Shown here one piece after another: positions 46,236 to 64,000 of a stretch of 64,000 nt of DNA; within the stretch, counting starts at the first letter, position 1; each line of letters opens with the position of its first letter. The position numbers and the translations under genes were made by a program. The notes under the pieces were generated by a model, which was not told the origin of the DNA, searched no databases, and worked only from the letters and a program-made list of their open reading frames with translations. This stretch comes from Euglena gracilis. Taxonomy: Eukaryota. The stretch spans positions 48,711,847 to 48,775,846 of the forward strand of contig CP154954.1 of assembly GCA_039621445.1 (NCBI GenBank). The letters run 5' to 3'.

Positions 46236-48922
46236 ATGGATCTGGTTCGCTCACCCTGGAACTGGAGCATCTGGAATGCGCTGGCCGGCGTGTCAGGCAC
46301 TGCCACCCCTTCCGAGTCAGGGGTGGTCGTGTGTGATTTTGTCTTCCGCCTCAAGCACACCACACACTGGGAAAAAGGTTGGTTTGCTTGGACCATGCCA
46401 TTGCTTAACACCTGTCCCACCCAACCCAACGGGGGGTGACTGACTGGTTTTTTCAGAGTGACTGACTGGGTTTTTTTTTTGTCCCAGAGCCCCCCCTCTG
46501 GGGGGGGGTGGGGTCGGCCCAAAAATGAAAAAGTGGCTGGTCTGGCGCCGAAGGCGCCGGAATTTTTTTGGATTTTTGAGACTTTTTGGCAAATTTTCAT
46601 AGCCTTCTGAAGAGTGGCCGATCCCCCCCCGGGGGGGGGGGTAAAGTGACTGACTGGTTTTTTTCGGAGAAAGTGGCTGACCGGTTTTTTCAGAGTGGAA
46701 AGTGACCTCCCCTCCCCCCGGGGGTCGCTAAGCAATGGTATGGCTTGGACCACAACTTTGCATTTTTGACTTTTTTTCATTTTCCCTTTGCACCTGCCTT
46801 GCCAAGCGCTTGGCGCTGATTTACAAGAATCAGCGGGGAATCGGGGGCCCATTATTACGACAGCTTTTGCCAATTCGCACAAAAGGTTGCCAAAATCGCG
46901 ACCTTTCTGGACCGAAAGCCCCTCTGACTCAAGGTCACACACGCCAAACCCCGACACCACCCTCTGAGGTTTCCGGCACCACTGCCACTGGCGCAGACCG
47001 TTCACGGCGGGCGCCACCGGGCCCTCCCAGTACTTCACCCTCAAGGTGCGGAACGGCACCAAGCTGGACGCGCCGCTCTTCGTGCTGGGCAAGGGTCAGG
47101 ACCCTGGCCACCGGCCAGCCCACCCCCCGGCAGCGGAGGTCTCTCCCACATGGGGCCCACCCCCGGCAGCGGAGGTCTCTCCCACATGGGGCCCACCCCC
47201 GGCAGCGGAGGTCTCTCCCACATGGGGCCCACCCCCCGGCAGCGGAGCTCTCTCCCACATAGGATGGAGGTGCGGCGATGCGAAGCCGGATGGCAGGGTA
47301 TGGAAGGTTCAAAGGGGATTTCGTTTTCCGGCAACAACACCGGACAGGAACTAAAGGGTTGGTCAAAAATGATTGGAAAGACCGAAGGCAGTGAAAAATT
47401 GGTTCCAACCAAATATCACCAGACACATTTGTGGTTTTTGTGCTTTTTTCACTTTGCATTTTCCGCTTTATAAATTTTCTCTTTGTTGCAATCCCCCCCA
47501 AAACGCTTCGGATTCTGCTGGAGAAAAAATCTGATTTGAAGTTTTCCTTATTCTTTAGATTCTCTTTAGTGGCGAGGTTTACATTTCAGCACGTCCAGCA
47601 CGTCCCAAAAATGTAAAACCGCATTTTTGCGGCTTTTGGTGAACCTGAATAATCCAGACAATCCAAGAGCTTTTTTTTTTGCAGGTGTTGTGCCGCATTT
47701 TGGAGGGTCCCTCCTACGTCCCCATCCCTTGGTATCTGTTGGTACATTTTGCAAATGAATTATGCAGGTGCTTTTTGGAGAAAGGGATGTCGTTGGGTGT
47801 GGCCTGGATCGTTTGCATAAAGGAGAGGCGCCAAGCAGTGTTACGCCGCTTGGAACCCTGGCTGCTTGGGTTGTGTTTGAGACTGATTGTCCCGTGATAT
47901 GCGTCGATCCCCGGCTGGGGGAGGCGCTGCCCCCACAAGGAAGGGCAGTACGCCATGGTGGAGGCGTACCCAGGGTTCGATATAAGGAGGGTGTCACAGC
48001 TGTTGGTGGGGGTCCTGAGGGAGTCTGGACCTCCCCACCCGCCAGGGGTCTGGATGGACCCGGGGGGAGGTGCCTGGGACCCGTCAAACGGTCAACTTTT
48101 CCTTCCGGCGCTTTCCGCCGAAAACTTCGGCAATTTGAAAGAGTTCTGCCCAAAAGCAAACCAAAATGGCATTCTGGGTTGAATTTGGGAGGAGCGTGCC
48201 CTCGTTGACCGGAGGGGAGGGAGAGCCTGACTCCCCCCTCCCCCCTTGCCACCCATACGCCGAACCCTGGCGCACCTCCACTTCAACGATGGCGGCGTGG
48301 CGTCCTTCGTGCCCGCCACCACCGCCGGGCCCTCGCCCACCCCCCTGCCCCTCCGATGGCCCCCCCCCCCCGCCCGACCTGATAGGCGGCGCCTGAGCCA
48401 TCGCTGGTCCCTTCCGTCAACCCTCCCCCCCCGGTCGTCTTGGGGCAGCGGTTGTCGCGGCGCGGCAGCACACGGCGCAGGGGGATGGCCGCGGGGGCGT
48501 ACGCCCGGAAGCTGTCCGACTTCCCTGCCGGGGCCCACCCCCGCAACGCTGCCCTGCGCTGTTCTCCCTCGGGTTGCAGGAGGGCTGGGGCGACCTGTGG
48601 AACTTCCCCCAGATGGGCGGATTAGTTGCAGGGGGAGCTGCATTGCACCCAGCGTTGCTGCCGAGAAATTTCCACATTGAGAGGCGGAGATTTACCTCCC
48701 CCCCCCCCCCGGCCTTGCCACACGGCTTGCCCATGGCCCCTCCCCCCTCAGCCGCGTTTCCCCTGTCCTTTGTCGTGGCGGCTGTATCAACGAGGGACTG
48801 GGGGCCCCATCGCAGCGACCCGAAGGACCCCTCTCTGCGGGTGCTCACCATCCCGAAGACCATCGGCGGCCGCCTGTACTTTTCCTTCGCCGAGCCCGTG
48901 GTGCTGTCGGTGGTGGCCCAGG
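46236..48922 (+). CDS. N-terminal exons of the GH64 beta-1,3-glucanase region, copy 1 (cut off from the catalytic exons by the duplication junction)
   Basis: Exons 46236-46296, 46997-47094 (PFTAGATGPSQYFTLKVRNGT..LFVLGK), 47570-~47611, ~47685-47730, ~47901-47967, 48274-~48330 (YLHFNDGG), two or three small exons, ~48792-48922 (LTIPKTIGGRLYFSFAEPV, matching the GH64 'P..SGRIYFS' motif). Confidence 0.7.
47120..47260. repeat. 36-bp tandem repeat, about 4 units (single unit in copy 2 at ~58370-58400)
   Basis: Unit CCCCGGCAGCGGAGGTCTCTCCCACATGGGGCCCAC; intronic. Confidence 0.9.
47971..48269. mobile_element. Decayed hAT MITE that constitutes a nonconventional intron
   Basis: Starts CAGGGTTCGATATAAGGAGGG and ends CGAACCCTG; interior is collinear with the MITE at 57290-57693; flanks GCGTACC / GCGCACC. 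Also present in copy 2 (~59112-59396). Confidence 0.8.
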
Positions 48923-49899
48923 CTGCCCTTGGCCCGCGGGCCCAATTGCAACGTCATCGTACTGCCGCTGCCCCAACACGCTTGATGACACCCTCAGACT
49001 TATTTCAGGGCAGGTCGTACCCCCCCCCAGTGCTATGGGCACTGTCGACCCCCCCCCCTACCCTTGTGGGGTGGGTGTTTTGGGCAGCGATGGTACCCCC
49101 CGGAAAATGCCTGATGAATAGCCTTTTCAAGGGAAACTTGGGGCGGAACACCCAAGGATTTTTTTCTTTCTTGCTACGAGCAGGGCCCCCGATGGCAGAT
49201 ACTGCCCCATTGCCCCGCCATCCCAAGCAAGTGGTACCCTGGGTCGCCGAACCGAAGTCCGCTATGGGCTTTCTCCGGTGCGATACAATGTCCTCTCCGC
49301 CTTTTACCCTTCCTCTCATCCTAAGGAGCAGGGACACCGAGCCAAATAATTTTAACACCGGAGTACGACCGAGCTGTCCATTGGTTTCCTGCCCCCTCCC
49401 CGACTCCGGTCGCAAGCTGCAGCCTTCCACCGAGGGAAAGGACCTCCAGGGGCGTGCCGTTTCCAAGACCCTCGCCGAGCCCAAAGGCTCCGGTGTGGGC
49501 GTGTGCCATTTCTGCATTCCTGTATTTCGCTGAGAACATTTTCAGGAGAACGGAACCGAACCATTTTTCGTTTTAGCTCTACAGGCTCTGAAGGGGGTGG
49601 ATGGGTACGTCCCGGACCAAGCTCCTCCCCCCCCTACCACAGGTGTTTCCTGGTACAAAGCTCCAGAAAACTTTTTTGACAGAAATGGTTCAAATACTGG
49701 GGAATGTGTTTTTTTTGTGTGCCCCCCCCCCTCGTGGGTGGGCAGGCAAGCCGGGTGTGGAATGTAAAAAGCACACACGACAGATTGACATGCCGAGGGA
49801 CTGAGTATAACCTCTTGCTGGCGTTTTTTCACACCTCTTGTCCCAGGGCCGGGAGAGTGTTTGATCTAAATCCAATCTTTGCCCCCCCCCTCCTCCCAG

Positions 49900-55773
<5,874 letters not shown>

Positions 55774-57084
55774 ACCCTCCCTCCGAACGTTAAAATCGCA
55801 TGATTTTGCTTTTGAGCGGAGACACTGCAATCCCCCTCCTCCCGCGGATTTCTTTCGACGGCCTTATTCTAACCTGGCCGGGCCCATATCGCATAAAGGA
55901 ACATGGCCAGTGACCAAAATTGATCTTGGACCATTTATCCTTGTGACAACTTGCGATATTCTTTACCCAAAACCAACCGCCCCAAATGTGAACACTCACC
56001 CCATCATATGCCCTGACTTTGACTTTGCCTTTTTTTTGGAGCCAAATGGGCTTTCCATTGCCTATTTTGAGATTATTCTTTTCATTGGTATTTGATTCCA
56101 CATCTGAAGCATATCCCAAAATCGATCCAAGTCATTGATGTCATTTATGGTGAAATATTAAGAGCGATGATATCTTTTGTTTGGATGAAATTTCTAACTC
56201 TACAAACAACTGCAATGCCACCCGGTGCACCCGGGCAACAGTAGTGCCATCTGGGGGGGGTCTTGGGGTTCCGCCCAAATGTGGATCCAGAGTGTGGGCG
56301 GCTGAAATCGGTTCTGAAGTGCCACCACCTTAAAATGTGCCCTTGTTTCATTGTTTAATGTGTTCATGTTGGATCATCTGTTGACCTAACCCCTGTGTGA
56401 TCCTCGGTGGATGGGTGGGTGGGCCTTCGACAGAGGGTGGGTGGGTTTGGTGGTGGGGCATGGGTCAGCCCAACCGACAAACCGGAGGATGGGCTATCCG
56501 AAAAAATTTTTAAGGGGATTTGGCCGAGTTTTGGGAGGCTTTTGGCTGGGTGAGTGGATGCACCCCCCTCGGGGGGAGGGGTTGTTGGTGGGTGGGTGGG
56601 GTTTTGGGGAAAAAAACGGTTGGGTGGATTTGGGCCCGGGGCGCCCCTCCCATGGCCACCGAGTGAATCTATGTGCAGGATGTGTAAAAGTTGGTATTTA
56701 TTCCCTTCCCCAGAGGTGGTAACCACAGCAGCACAACGAAGATTTTAGATGGCGCTCCGGCTTTTAAAATTGCAAACAGGAAACTCGCATGAAACAGAGG
56801 TTTTTTGGAGGTTGTGACGAAATTTTGCGGCGTTTTATTCGCATTTATTACGGTGTATGGAGTTTGGCTCACGGTTTCAGTTTGCAAGTTCAAAAACCAA
56901 TTGATTATTATGTGCTCATTTCTACGTGTCAACAAGTGGCAACATATACAGAATTCTGTGCACATTTTGTTGCACATTACGTTGTAATGTTCATGGTTTG
57001 AGCGCCAAATCCCCCCTCATTTGAAATTGCTGTCCCATGCTGCCAGTTCCCCCTCTCACCATAGCCCTCCTCCACCCGCAACAG

Positions 57085-60000
57085 ATGGATCTGGTTCGCT
57101 CACCCTGGAACTGGAGCATCTGGAATGCGCTGGCAGGCGTGTCAGGCACTGCCACCCCTTCCGAGTCAGGGGTGGTCGTGTGTGATTTTGTCTTCCGCCC
57201 CAAACACACCACACACTGGAAAAAAGGTTGGTTGGCTTGGACCATACCATTGCTTAACACCTGTCCCACCCAACCCAACGGGGGGTGACCAGGGTTTGAT
57301 ATAAGGAGGGCGTACATGGTTTAGGTGGGGGGGGGCCCCCCCCCCCCCCCCCCCCCCCTCCTGGCCCGCAGGGGGGTCCGGACCACCCCCCCCCCACCTG
57401 CCAGGGGGGTCCGGACCGACCCTCGGGGGGGTTCCCGGGACCCCCCCCCAAAAAAAGGGTCAATTTTTTCCTCCGGCGCTTCGCACCGAAAATTTTTTGC
57501 ATTTTGGCACATTTTTGCCCAAAAAGTGCCCAAAATGGCACTTTTGGTCATTTTGGGGGGTCAAAAATTTTCGGTCACCCAGACCGCGCAACTGTTTAGG
57601 TGGGGGGGGGGTGTCCCCCCCCCCCCCCCCCTCCTGGCCCGCAGGGGGGGTCCGGACCACCCCCCCCCCCACCTGTCCTTATATCGAACCCTGGGGGTGA
57701 CTGCTGGTTTTTTCAGAGTGACTGACTGGTTTTTTTTGTCCCACAGCCCCCCCCCCCCCCGGGGTGGTGTCGGCCCGAAAATGAAAAGTGGCTGGTCTGG
57801 CGCCGAAGGCGCCGGAAATTTTTTGGATTTTTGAGACTTTTCGGCAAATTTTCATAGCCTTCTGAAGAGGGCCGATCCCCCCCCCCGGGGACTGACTGGT
57901 TTTTTTTGGAAAAAGTGACTGACCGGTTTTTTTCAGAGTGGAAAGTGACCCCCCTCCCCCCGGGGGTCGTTTAAGCAATGGAATGGCTTGGACCACAACT
58001 TTGTATTTTTGATTTTTTTTCATTTTTCATTTTCCCTTTACACCTGCCTTGCCAAGCGCTTGGCGCTGATTTACAAGAATCAGCGGGGAATTGGGGGCCT
58101 ATTATTACGACAGCTTTTGCCAACTCGCGCAACAGGTTGCCAAAATCGCGACCTTTCTGGACCGAAAGCCCCTCTGCCTCAAGGTCACACACGCCAAACC
58201 CCGACACCACACTCTGCGGTTTCCGGCACCACTGCCACTGGCGCAGACCGTTCACGGCGGGCGCCACCGGGCCCTCCCAGTACTTCACCCTCAAGGTGCG
58301 GAACGGCACCAAGCTGGACGCGCCGCTCTTCGTGCTGGGCAAGGGTCAAGACCCTGGCCACCAGCCAGCCCACCCCCGGCAGCGGAGGTCTCTCCCACAT
58401 AGGATGGAGGTGTGGCGATGCGAATCCGTACGGCAGGGTATGGAAGGTTCAAAGGGGATTTCATTTTCCGGCAACAACAACGGACAGGAACTAAAATGTT
58501 GGTCAAAAATGATTGGAAAGACGGAGGGTAGTGAAAAATTGGTTCCAACCAAATATCACCGAACACATTTGTGGTTTTTGTGCTTTTTTCACTTTGCATT
58601 TTCAGCTTTTTCAATTTTCTCTTTGTTGCAATCCCCCCCAAAACGCTTCGCATTCTGCTGGGGGAAAAAATCTGATTTGAAGTTTTCCTTATTCTTTAGA
58701 TTCTCTTTAGTGGCGAGGTTTACATTTCAGCACGTCCAGCACGTCCCAAAAATGCAAAACCGCATTTTTGCGGCTTTTGGTGAACCTGAATAATCCAGAC
58801 AGTCCAAGAACTTTTTTTTTGCACGTATTGTGCCGCATTTTGGAGGGTCCCTCCTACGTCCCCATCCCTTCGTATCTGTTGGCACATTTTGCAATTGAAT
58901 TATGCACGTGCTTTTTGGAGAAAGGAATGTCGTTGGGTGTGGCCTGGATCGTTTGCGTAAAGGAGAGGCGCCAAGCAGTGTTACGCCGCTTGGAACCCTG
59001 GCTGCTTGGGTTGTGTTTGAGACTGATTGTCCCGTGATATGCGTCGATCCCCGGCTGGGGGAGGCGCTGCCCCCACAAGGAAGGGCAGTACGCTATGGTG
59101 GAGGCGTACCCAGGGTTCGATATAAGAAGGGTGTCACAGCTGTTGGTGGGGGTCCTGAGGGAGTCTGGACCTCCCCACCTGCCAGGGGTCTGGATGGACC
59201 TGGGGGGAGGTGCCTGGGACCAGTCAAAAGGTCAACTTTTCCTTCCGCCGCTTTGCGCCGAAAACTTCGGCAATTTGAAAGATTTCTGCCCAAATGGCAT
59301 TCTGGGTTGAATTTGGGAGGGGTGTGCCCTCGTTGACCGGAGGGGAGGGAGAGTCTGACTCCCCCTCCCCCCTTGCCACCCGTACGCCGAACCCTGGCAC
59401 ACCTCCACTTCAACGATGGCGGCGTGGCGTCCTTCGTGCCCGCCACCACCGCCGGGCCCTCGCCCACCCCCCTGCCCCTCCGATGGCCTCCCCCGCCCGA
59501 CCTGATAGGCGGCGCCTGAGCCATCGCTGGTCCCTTCCGTCAACCCTCCCCCCCCCTGGTCGTCTTGGGGCAGCGGTTTTCGCGGCGCAGCAACACACGG
59601 CGCAGGGGGATGGCCGCGGGGGCGTACGCCCGGAAGCTGTCCGACTTCCCTGCCGGGGCCCACCCCAGTAACGCTGTCCTGCGCTGTTCTCCCTCGGGTT
59701 GCAGGAGGGCTGGGGCGATCTGTGGAACTTCCCCCAGATGGGCGGATTAGTTGCAGGGGGAGCTGCATTGTCCCAGCGTTGCTGCCGAGAAATTTCCACA
59801 CTGAGAGGCGGAGATTTACCTCCCCCCCCCCCCGGCCTTGCCACACGGCTTGCCCATGGCCCCTCCCCCCTCAGCCGCATTTCCCCTGTCCTTTGCCGTG
59901 GCAGCTGTGTCAATGAGGGACTGGGGGCCCCATCGCAGCGACCCGAAGGACCCCTCTCTGCGGGTGCTCACCATCCCGAAGACCATCGGCGGCCGCCTGT

Positions 60001-63000
60001 ACTTTTCCTTCGCCGAGCCCGTGGTGCTGTCGGTGGTGGCCCAGGCTGCCCTTTGCCCGCGGGCCCAATTGCAACGTCATCGTACTGCCGCTGCCCCAAC
60101 ACACGTGATGACACCCTCAGACTTATTTCAAGGCAGGTCGTACCCCCCCCCCAGTGCTATGGGCACTGTCGACCCCCCCCCTACCCTTGTGGGGTGGGTG
60201 TTTTGGGCAGCGATGGTACCCCCGGAAAATGCCTGATGAAAAGCCTTTTTCAAGGGAAACTTGGGGCGGAACACCCAAGGATTTTTTTCTTTCTTGCTAC
60301 GAGCAGGGCCCCATGGCAGATACTGCCCCACCGCCCCGCCACCCCAAGCAAGCGGTACCCTGGGTCGCCGAACCGAAGTCCGCTATGGGCTTTCTCCGGT
60401 ACGATACGATGTCCTCTCCACCCTTTACCCTTCCTCTCGTCCTAAGGAGCAGGGACACCGAGCCAAATAATTTTAACACCGGAGTACGACCGAGCTGTCA
60501 ATTGGTTTCCTGCCCCCTCCCCGACTCCGGTCGCAAAGCTGCAGCCTTCTACCGAGGGAAAGGACCCCCAGGGGCGTGCCGTTTCCAAGACCCTCGCCGA
60601 GCCCAAAGGCTCCGGTGTGGGACGTGTGCCATTTCTGCATTTCTGTATTTCGCTGAGAACATTTTCAGGAGAACGGAACCGAACCATTTTTCTTTTTAGC
60701 TCTACAGGCTCTGAAGGGGGTGGATGGGTACGTCCCAGACCAAGCTCCTCCCCCCCCCCTACCCCAGGTGCTTCCTGGCACAAAGCTCCAGAAAACTTTT
60801 TTGACAGAAATGGTTCAAATACTGGGGAATGTGTTTTTTTGTGCCCCCCCCCCCCGTGGGTAGGCAGGCAAGCCGGGTGTGGAATGGCCCAGACCGGGGC
60901 CAGCGGGACCCGTTCAAGTTGGACGACCCCAGCTACTACGTCCTGTATGACAAGGTGGAGTTCACCTTCAACGATCTGGGGGTGTGGGGCAGAGCGCTGC
61001 CTTTTTTGCCTGCAGCAGTTCAAGTGCGATCCCTCACAAGGTTCTGGAAGTTCCATTTTGGGGTCTTTGTTTTGAATTCTTCTTCAGCAATCGGACACAA
61101 AAAAAAACACGTCATTTTGGGAAATGCGGAAATTGCAGGATTTGCACAAAACTTGCAAAAGAAATTATGCTGGGAGTGTGCAAATATCTGTTGGAGGGGA
61201 CTGACAAATAAATTCATCCCATTCACCCATATGGGATTCATTTTCATTTTGAAACAGTGGAGTATACTTTTGAACTGTCATTCACACTTTTTTCACAAAC
61301 CAGAAAACATAATTTCGTAATTTCGGAGTAAAAGGCCAAAAAATTGCTTCCTGGAAAAGGCGGAAATGACAAAAATTTGATAAAGCCTTTGGTCTCAGGT
61401 AGAATCCAGAATGCAAATATTTCTAAGTCGAAAGGTTATAAACCAAGATCATTTCTGAGCAGAACTCGAAAAAACCTAAGAAGTCATAAAACTCATAAAT
61501 GCAAAAATTCGCAAATTTTGCAAGAAACCAGCAGAGAGGAAGAATTTGTGCTTCCTTGCGAATCATTCAAAGGACGGCTGGAACTCACCGCCACTTCATT
61601 TTGCAGATGCCACCAAAGAATGCAGACCAAGGGAGGAAAGGAAAAAAAAACTGCAGAAAAATTGCAAAAAAATGGCGGAAATGGTGAAATTGCCAGGAAA
61701 TTGCGGACATCAATTATCCCCCCTACCGTGGTGCGGCGGGGGGTCCAGGGCGATCTCCACTGATGAAGTCTGATGCCCGAAGATATCACAAAATGGGTTT
61801 TTAATTGGGGGGAAAAGAATTTGCCGTCCCGGCACATTCATTTGAAGAAGGGGCGGGGAATTCAACAGGTTGGCAATGGGAAACAATTGCTTCCCAGCAT
61901 CCTTGGAGGAAAACAGCACTGAAACCACATCCTATGTGTGCCTTGGAATGGAAACCTTGAATCATCTTTTCCTAATGTATTCTGGCAGCAATCTTCCTGT
62001 GTGTGACGCACGCACTCAAGGAGCCAAATCTTATATCTGGAAAAGCAGTGTGTGTGTGTGTGTGTGTGCAGAGTGAGGCATTTCCGAAAACATACCGCCA
62101 CAGAAAAATTATAAGTTACTATTGTGCCTAAAAAACAACAAAAGCAAAATTAACAAGCCTCTCCAAAATCAGGTTCCCAAAAAACCATCCCTGGATTGAC
62201 TGAACAAGGACCCCCCCCAAAAAAAAACACTCCCCCTCCTCGCATTTGGAGGTGAAGCGCTGGACGCTGAAAAAATATTTCAAATCTTCCAAAAACCATA
62301 ATTTCAAACAGAAAAAAATTATTTGGGGATCATCGAGGCCAGTCAGTATAAACGCCGAGTTTCGCAGGTCAAATATGAAGCAAAAGTGCCAAATTTTTTT
62401 GGGTCGTTGGAAATTCAAAATTTCCCCCGCACTTTTCCCCAAGGCCTCCAATCTCGATTCCACCCCCCCCCCCCGTGTCCCAGCGAGCGTCCGGGCCCCG
62501 CCCTGCGCGGGATCGACACCACTGCGGTGGATTTCTTCTGCATGCCGGTCGCCCTCCACTTCGAGGGCCGGCCCGGCACCGCCGTCGGCCTCGCCCAGCC
62601 CCGCGCCGCCGTGCTGCGCACCGTGGCGGACGCCTTCGCCGGCCCCTGGGGCCGCCTGCGCCTCACGCACCCCGCCCGTCCCGGTGAGGGAGCCGCCGCC
62701 ATACACGCGTGCGCGTGCGGTGCGAGACTTGCCGCCACGTTCCCCCCTTCCCTTGGGGCCCCCCGCGTGGGACGCCGGCAACCCGGACGGCAAAGAAGCG
62801 GTCCTCCGCATCCTGGCGCCCAACAAGGCCATTGCGCAGGGGCACTCCCAGGCCGACGGTTCTTCTTTCCGCTCGGGAACCGAAGCGCCCGAGAAATTTT
62901 TTGTGCATCCTCTTTCAGCAGAGTCAGTGTCGCCGGTGCAGAATATGCTGTACCCAATTTGGACACAGTTCCGCTTGATGGGTGGTGGATGTGGACTATT

Positions 63001-64000
63001 GTCGCATCCACTGGTTTCCGGCGGGGGTACCTGCGAATGGCACACCTGGGAACCAATTTTCCCCGGTGCACTTTCCCCCCGGCCGATTCCCTCTGGCCTT
63101 GGCCGTCGGGACCCAGCCGAGAACTTCCCCGCAGACTACCTGCAGACCGCCATCCAGGCTGTCTGGACCCACTACCGAGCCTCCGGGGCCAGCCCGGCCA
63201 CGGCCCGGTTCACACTGGGAAAACCTGCAAATGCCTATGGATGGCTGGGACCCCGCCAAGGTGCATATCTGTTTTGCCTCAGCTGTGGAGCCGTCGAGCC
63301 AAAGCAGCACAATGTCATGCATCGGTCCCAGTTTGCCTCAGCTTGGCAAGCAGTTCTTACACAAGACCAGGCAATTTTCTGACTGCTAGTTTTTTTATTT
63401 AATTTTTCAAAATCAAAATACAGGGGCGTGGTGTGTGAGGTGCACGGAGAACTCCGGGTTCAGGTGCCTATGTGGGTACAGTCCACGTTTGCCGCAACTC
63501 CGCGCTCTTCCACACCCGTGGCGTTGGGTGGGGCACCTTGTCGGGGGGGCGGGGCCGGGCAGTGCGTTGGAGCCCCGCGGACCACGTGCTGCGGGTGGAC
63601 TGCGGCGAGCTGATCGGCTTCGGCTTCCCGCTGAGCGACGTGGCCGGCGGCAAGCTGACCGCCGCCAACGCGCTGTTCACCGGCTGGGTCACCGCAGACG
63701 GCGCCACCTTCCACTTCGAGAACTCCACAAAGAACCAGGCAGCCCCAGGGTGACAGGGTGTGGGTTGGGAGGTATGGAGGGGTGGCCGGGGGCCGGGCTG
63801 CCTGTCGGGGACGTGGTGAGGGTCGCCCTCCCGCAGTCCAACCAGGTCTTCGGATGCGACGGCGGCTCGATGACGTGCGTCCCCAACACCGCGGCCTCCG
63901 TTGTGGTGCGGGAGTTGGGGGCGGCGGCTGCCACGCTGCCTGTGCGGCTCGGGGGGTGGGGGAGGTGCGTTGGAAGACAACGGGGTCTTGTTTCCGTCCC
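57085..64000 (+). CDS. Glycoside hydrolase family 64 (laminaripentaose-producing-type beta-1,3-glucanase); multi-exon, 3'-truncated by the window
   Basis: Copy-2 N-terminal exons (57085 to ~60044, IPKTIGGRLYFSF), then ~60906-60986 (DPFKLDDPSYYVLYDKVEFTFNDLGVW), 62511-~62667 (IDTTAVDFFCMPV...GPWGRL), ~62780-62842 (VLRILAPNKAI), ~63119-63180 (FPADYLQTAIQAVWTHY), ~63580-63738, ~63810-63930 (PQSNQVFGCDGG...VVRELGAA). The Glu and Asp are 16 residues apart, as for the GH64 catalytic pair. Confidence 0.85.
57290..57693. mobile_element. hAT-type MITE, insertion present only in duplication copy 2
   Basis: TIR CAGGGTTTGATATAAGGA...TCCTTATATCGAACCCTG; perfect 8-bp TSD GGGGTGAC (57282-57289, 57694-57701); empty site in copy 1 at ~46433-46440. 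Confidence 0.95.

Noticed and set aside
46236-46296. MDLVRSPWNWSIWNALAG as the GH64 start
   Set aside because: Out of frame with the next exon using the visible GC-AG sites; disfavoured but not excluded.
62246-63402. 378-aa and 359-aa ORFs as complete genes
   Set aside because: Each contains only short GH64 exons in alternating frames plus intron read-through.

Overview
Eukaryotic, repeat-rich and intron-dense DNA, most likely from a euglenid. Conventional GT/GC-AG introns are mixed with non-GT-AG introns closed by a base-paired stem of the form N3-CAG...CTG-N5|R. All recognisable genes are on the + strand: (1) scattered exons of an unidentified gene (~600-7800); (2) a Band 7/SPFH, HIR-like gene (21490 to at least 32250); (3) a DnaJ-domain + MECR/Etr1-like enoyl reductase gene from 36719; (4) a GH64 beta-1,3-glucanase region running off the right end. 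Genes 3 and 4 can be joined in frame by GC-AG splicing, so they may be one fusion gene. A 10-11 kb tandem duplication (39462-49764 / 49765-60886) spans their boundary. Non-coding DNA is packed with hAT-type MITEs (CAG/CAA/CAT...CTG/TTG/ATG ends, 8-bp TSD) and TA-flanked Tc1/mariner-type MITEs. Main observation: the 3+5 nt outside the stem of the nonconventional introns equal one 8-bp hAT TSD. At least two introns in coding sequence are recognisably hAT MITEs, one from a family that is insertion-polymorphic within this window. All exon junctions were read by eye and need RNA confirmation.
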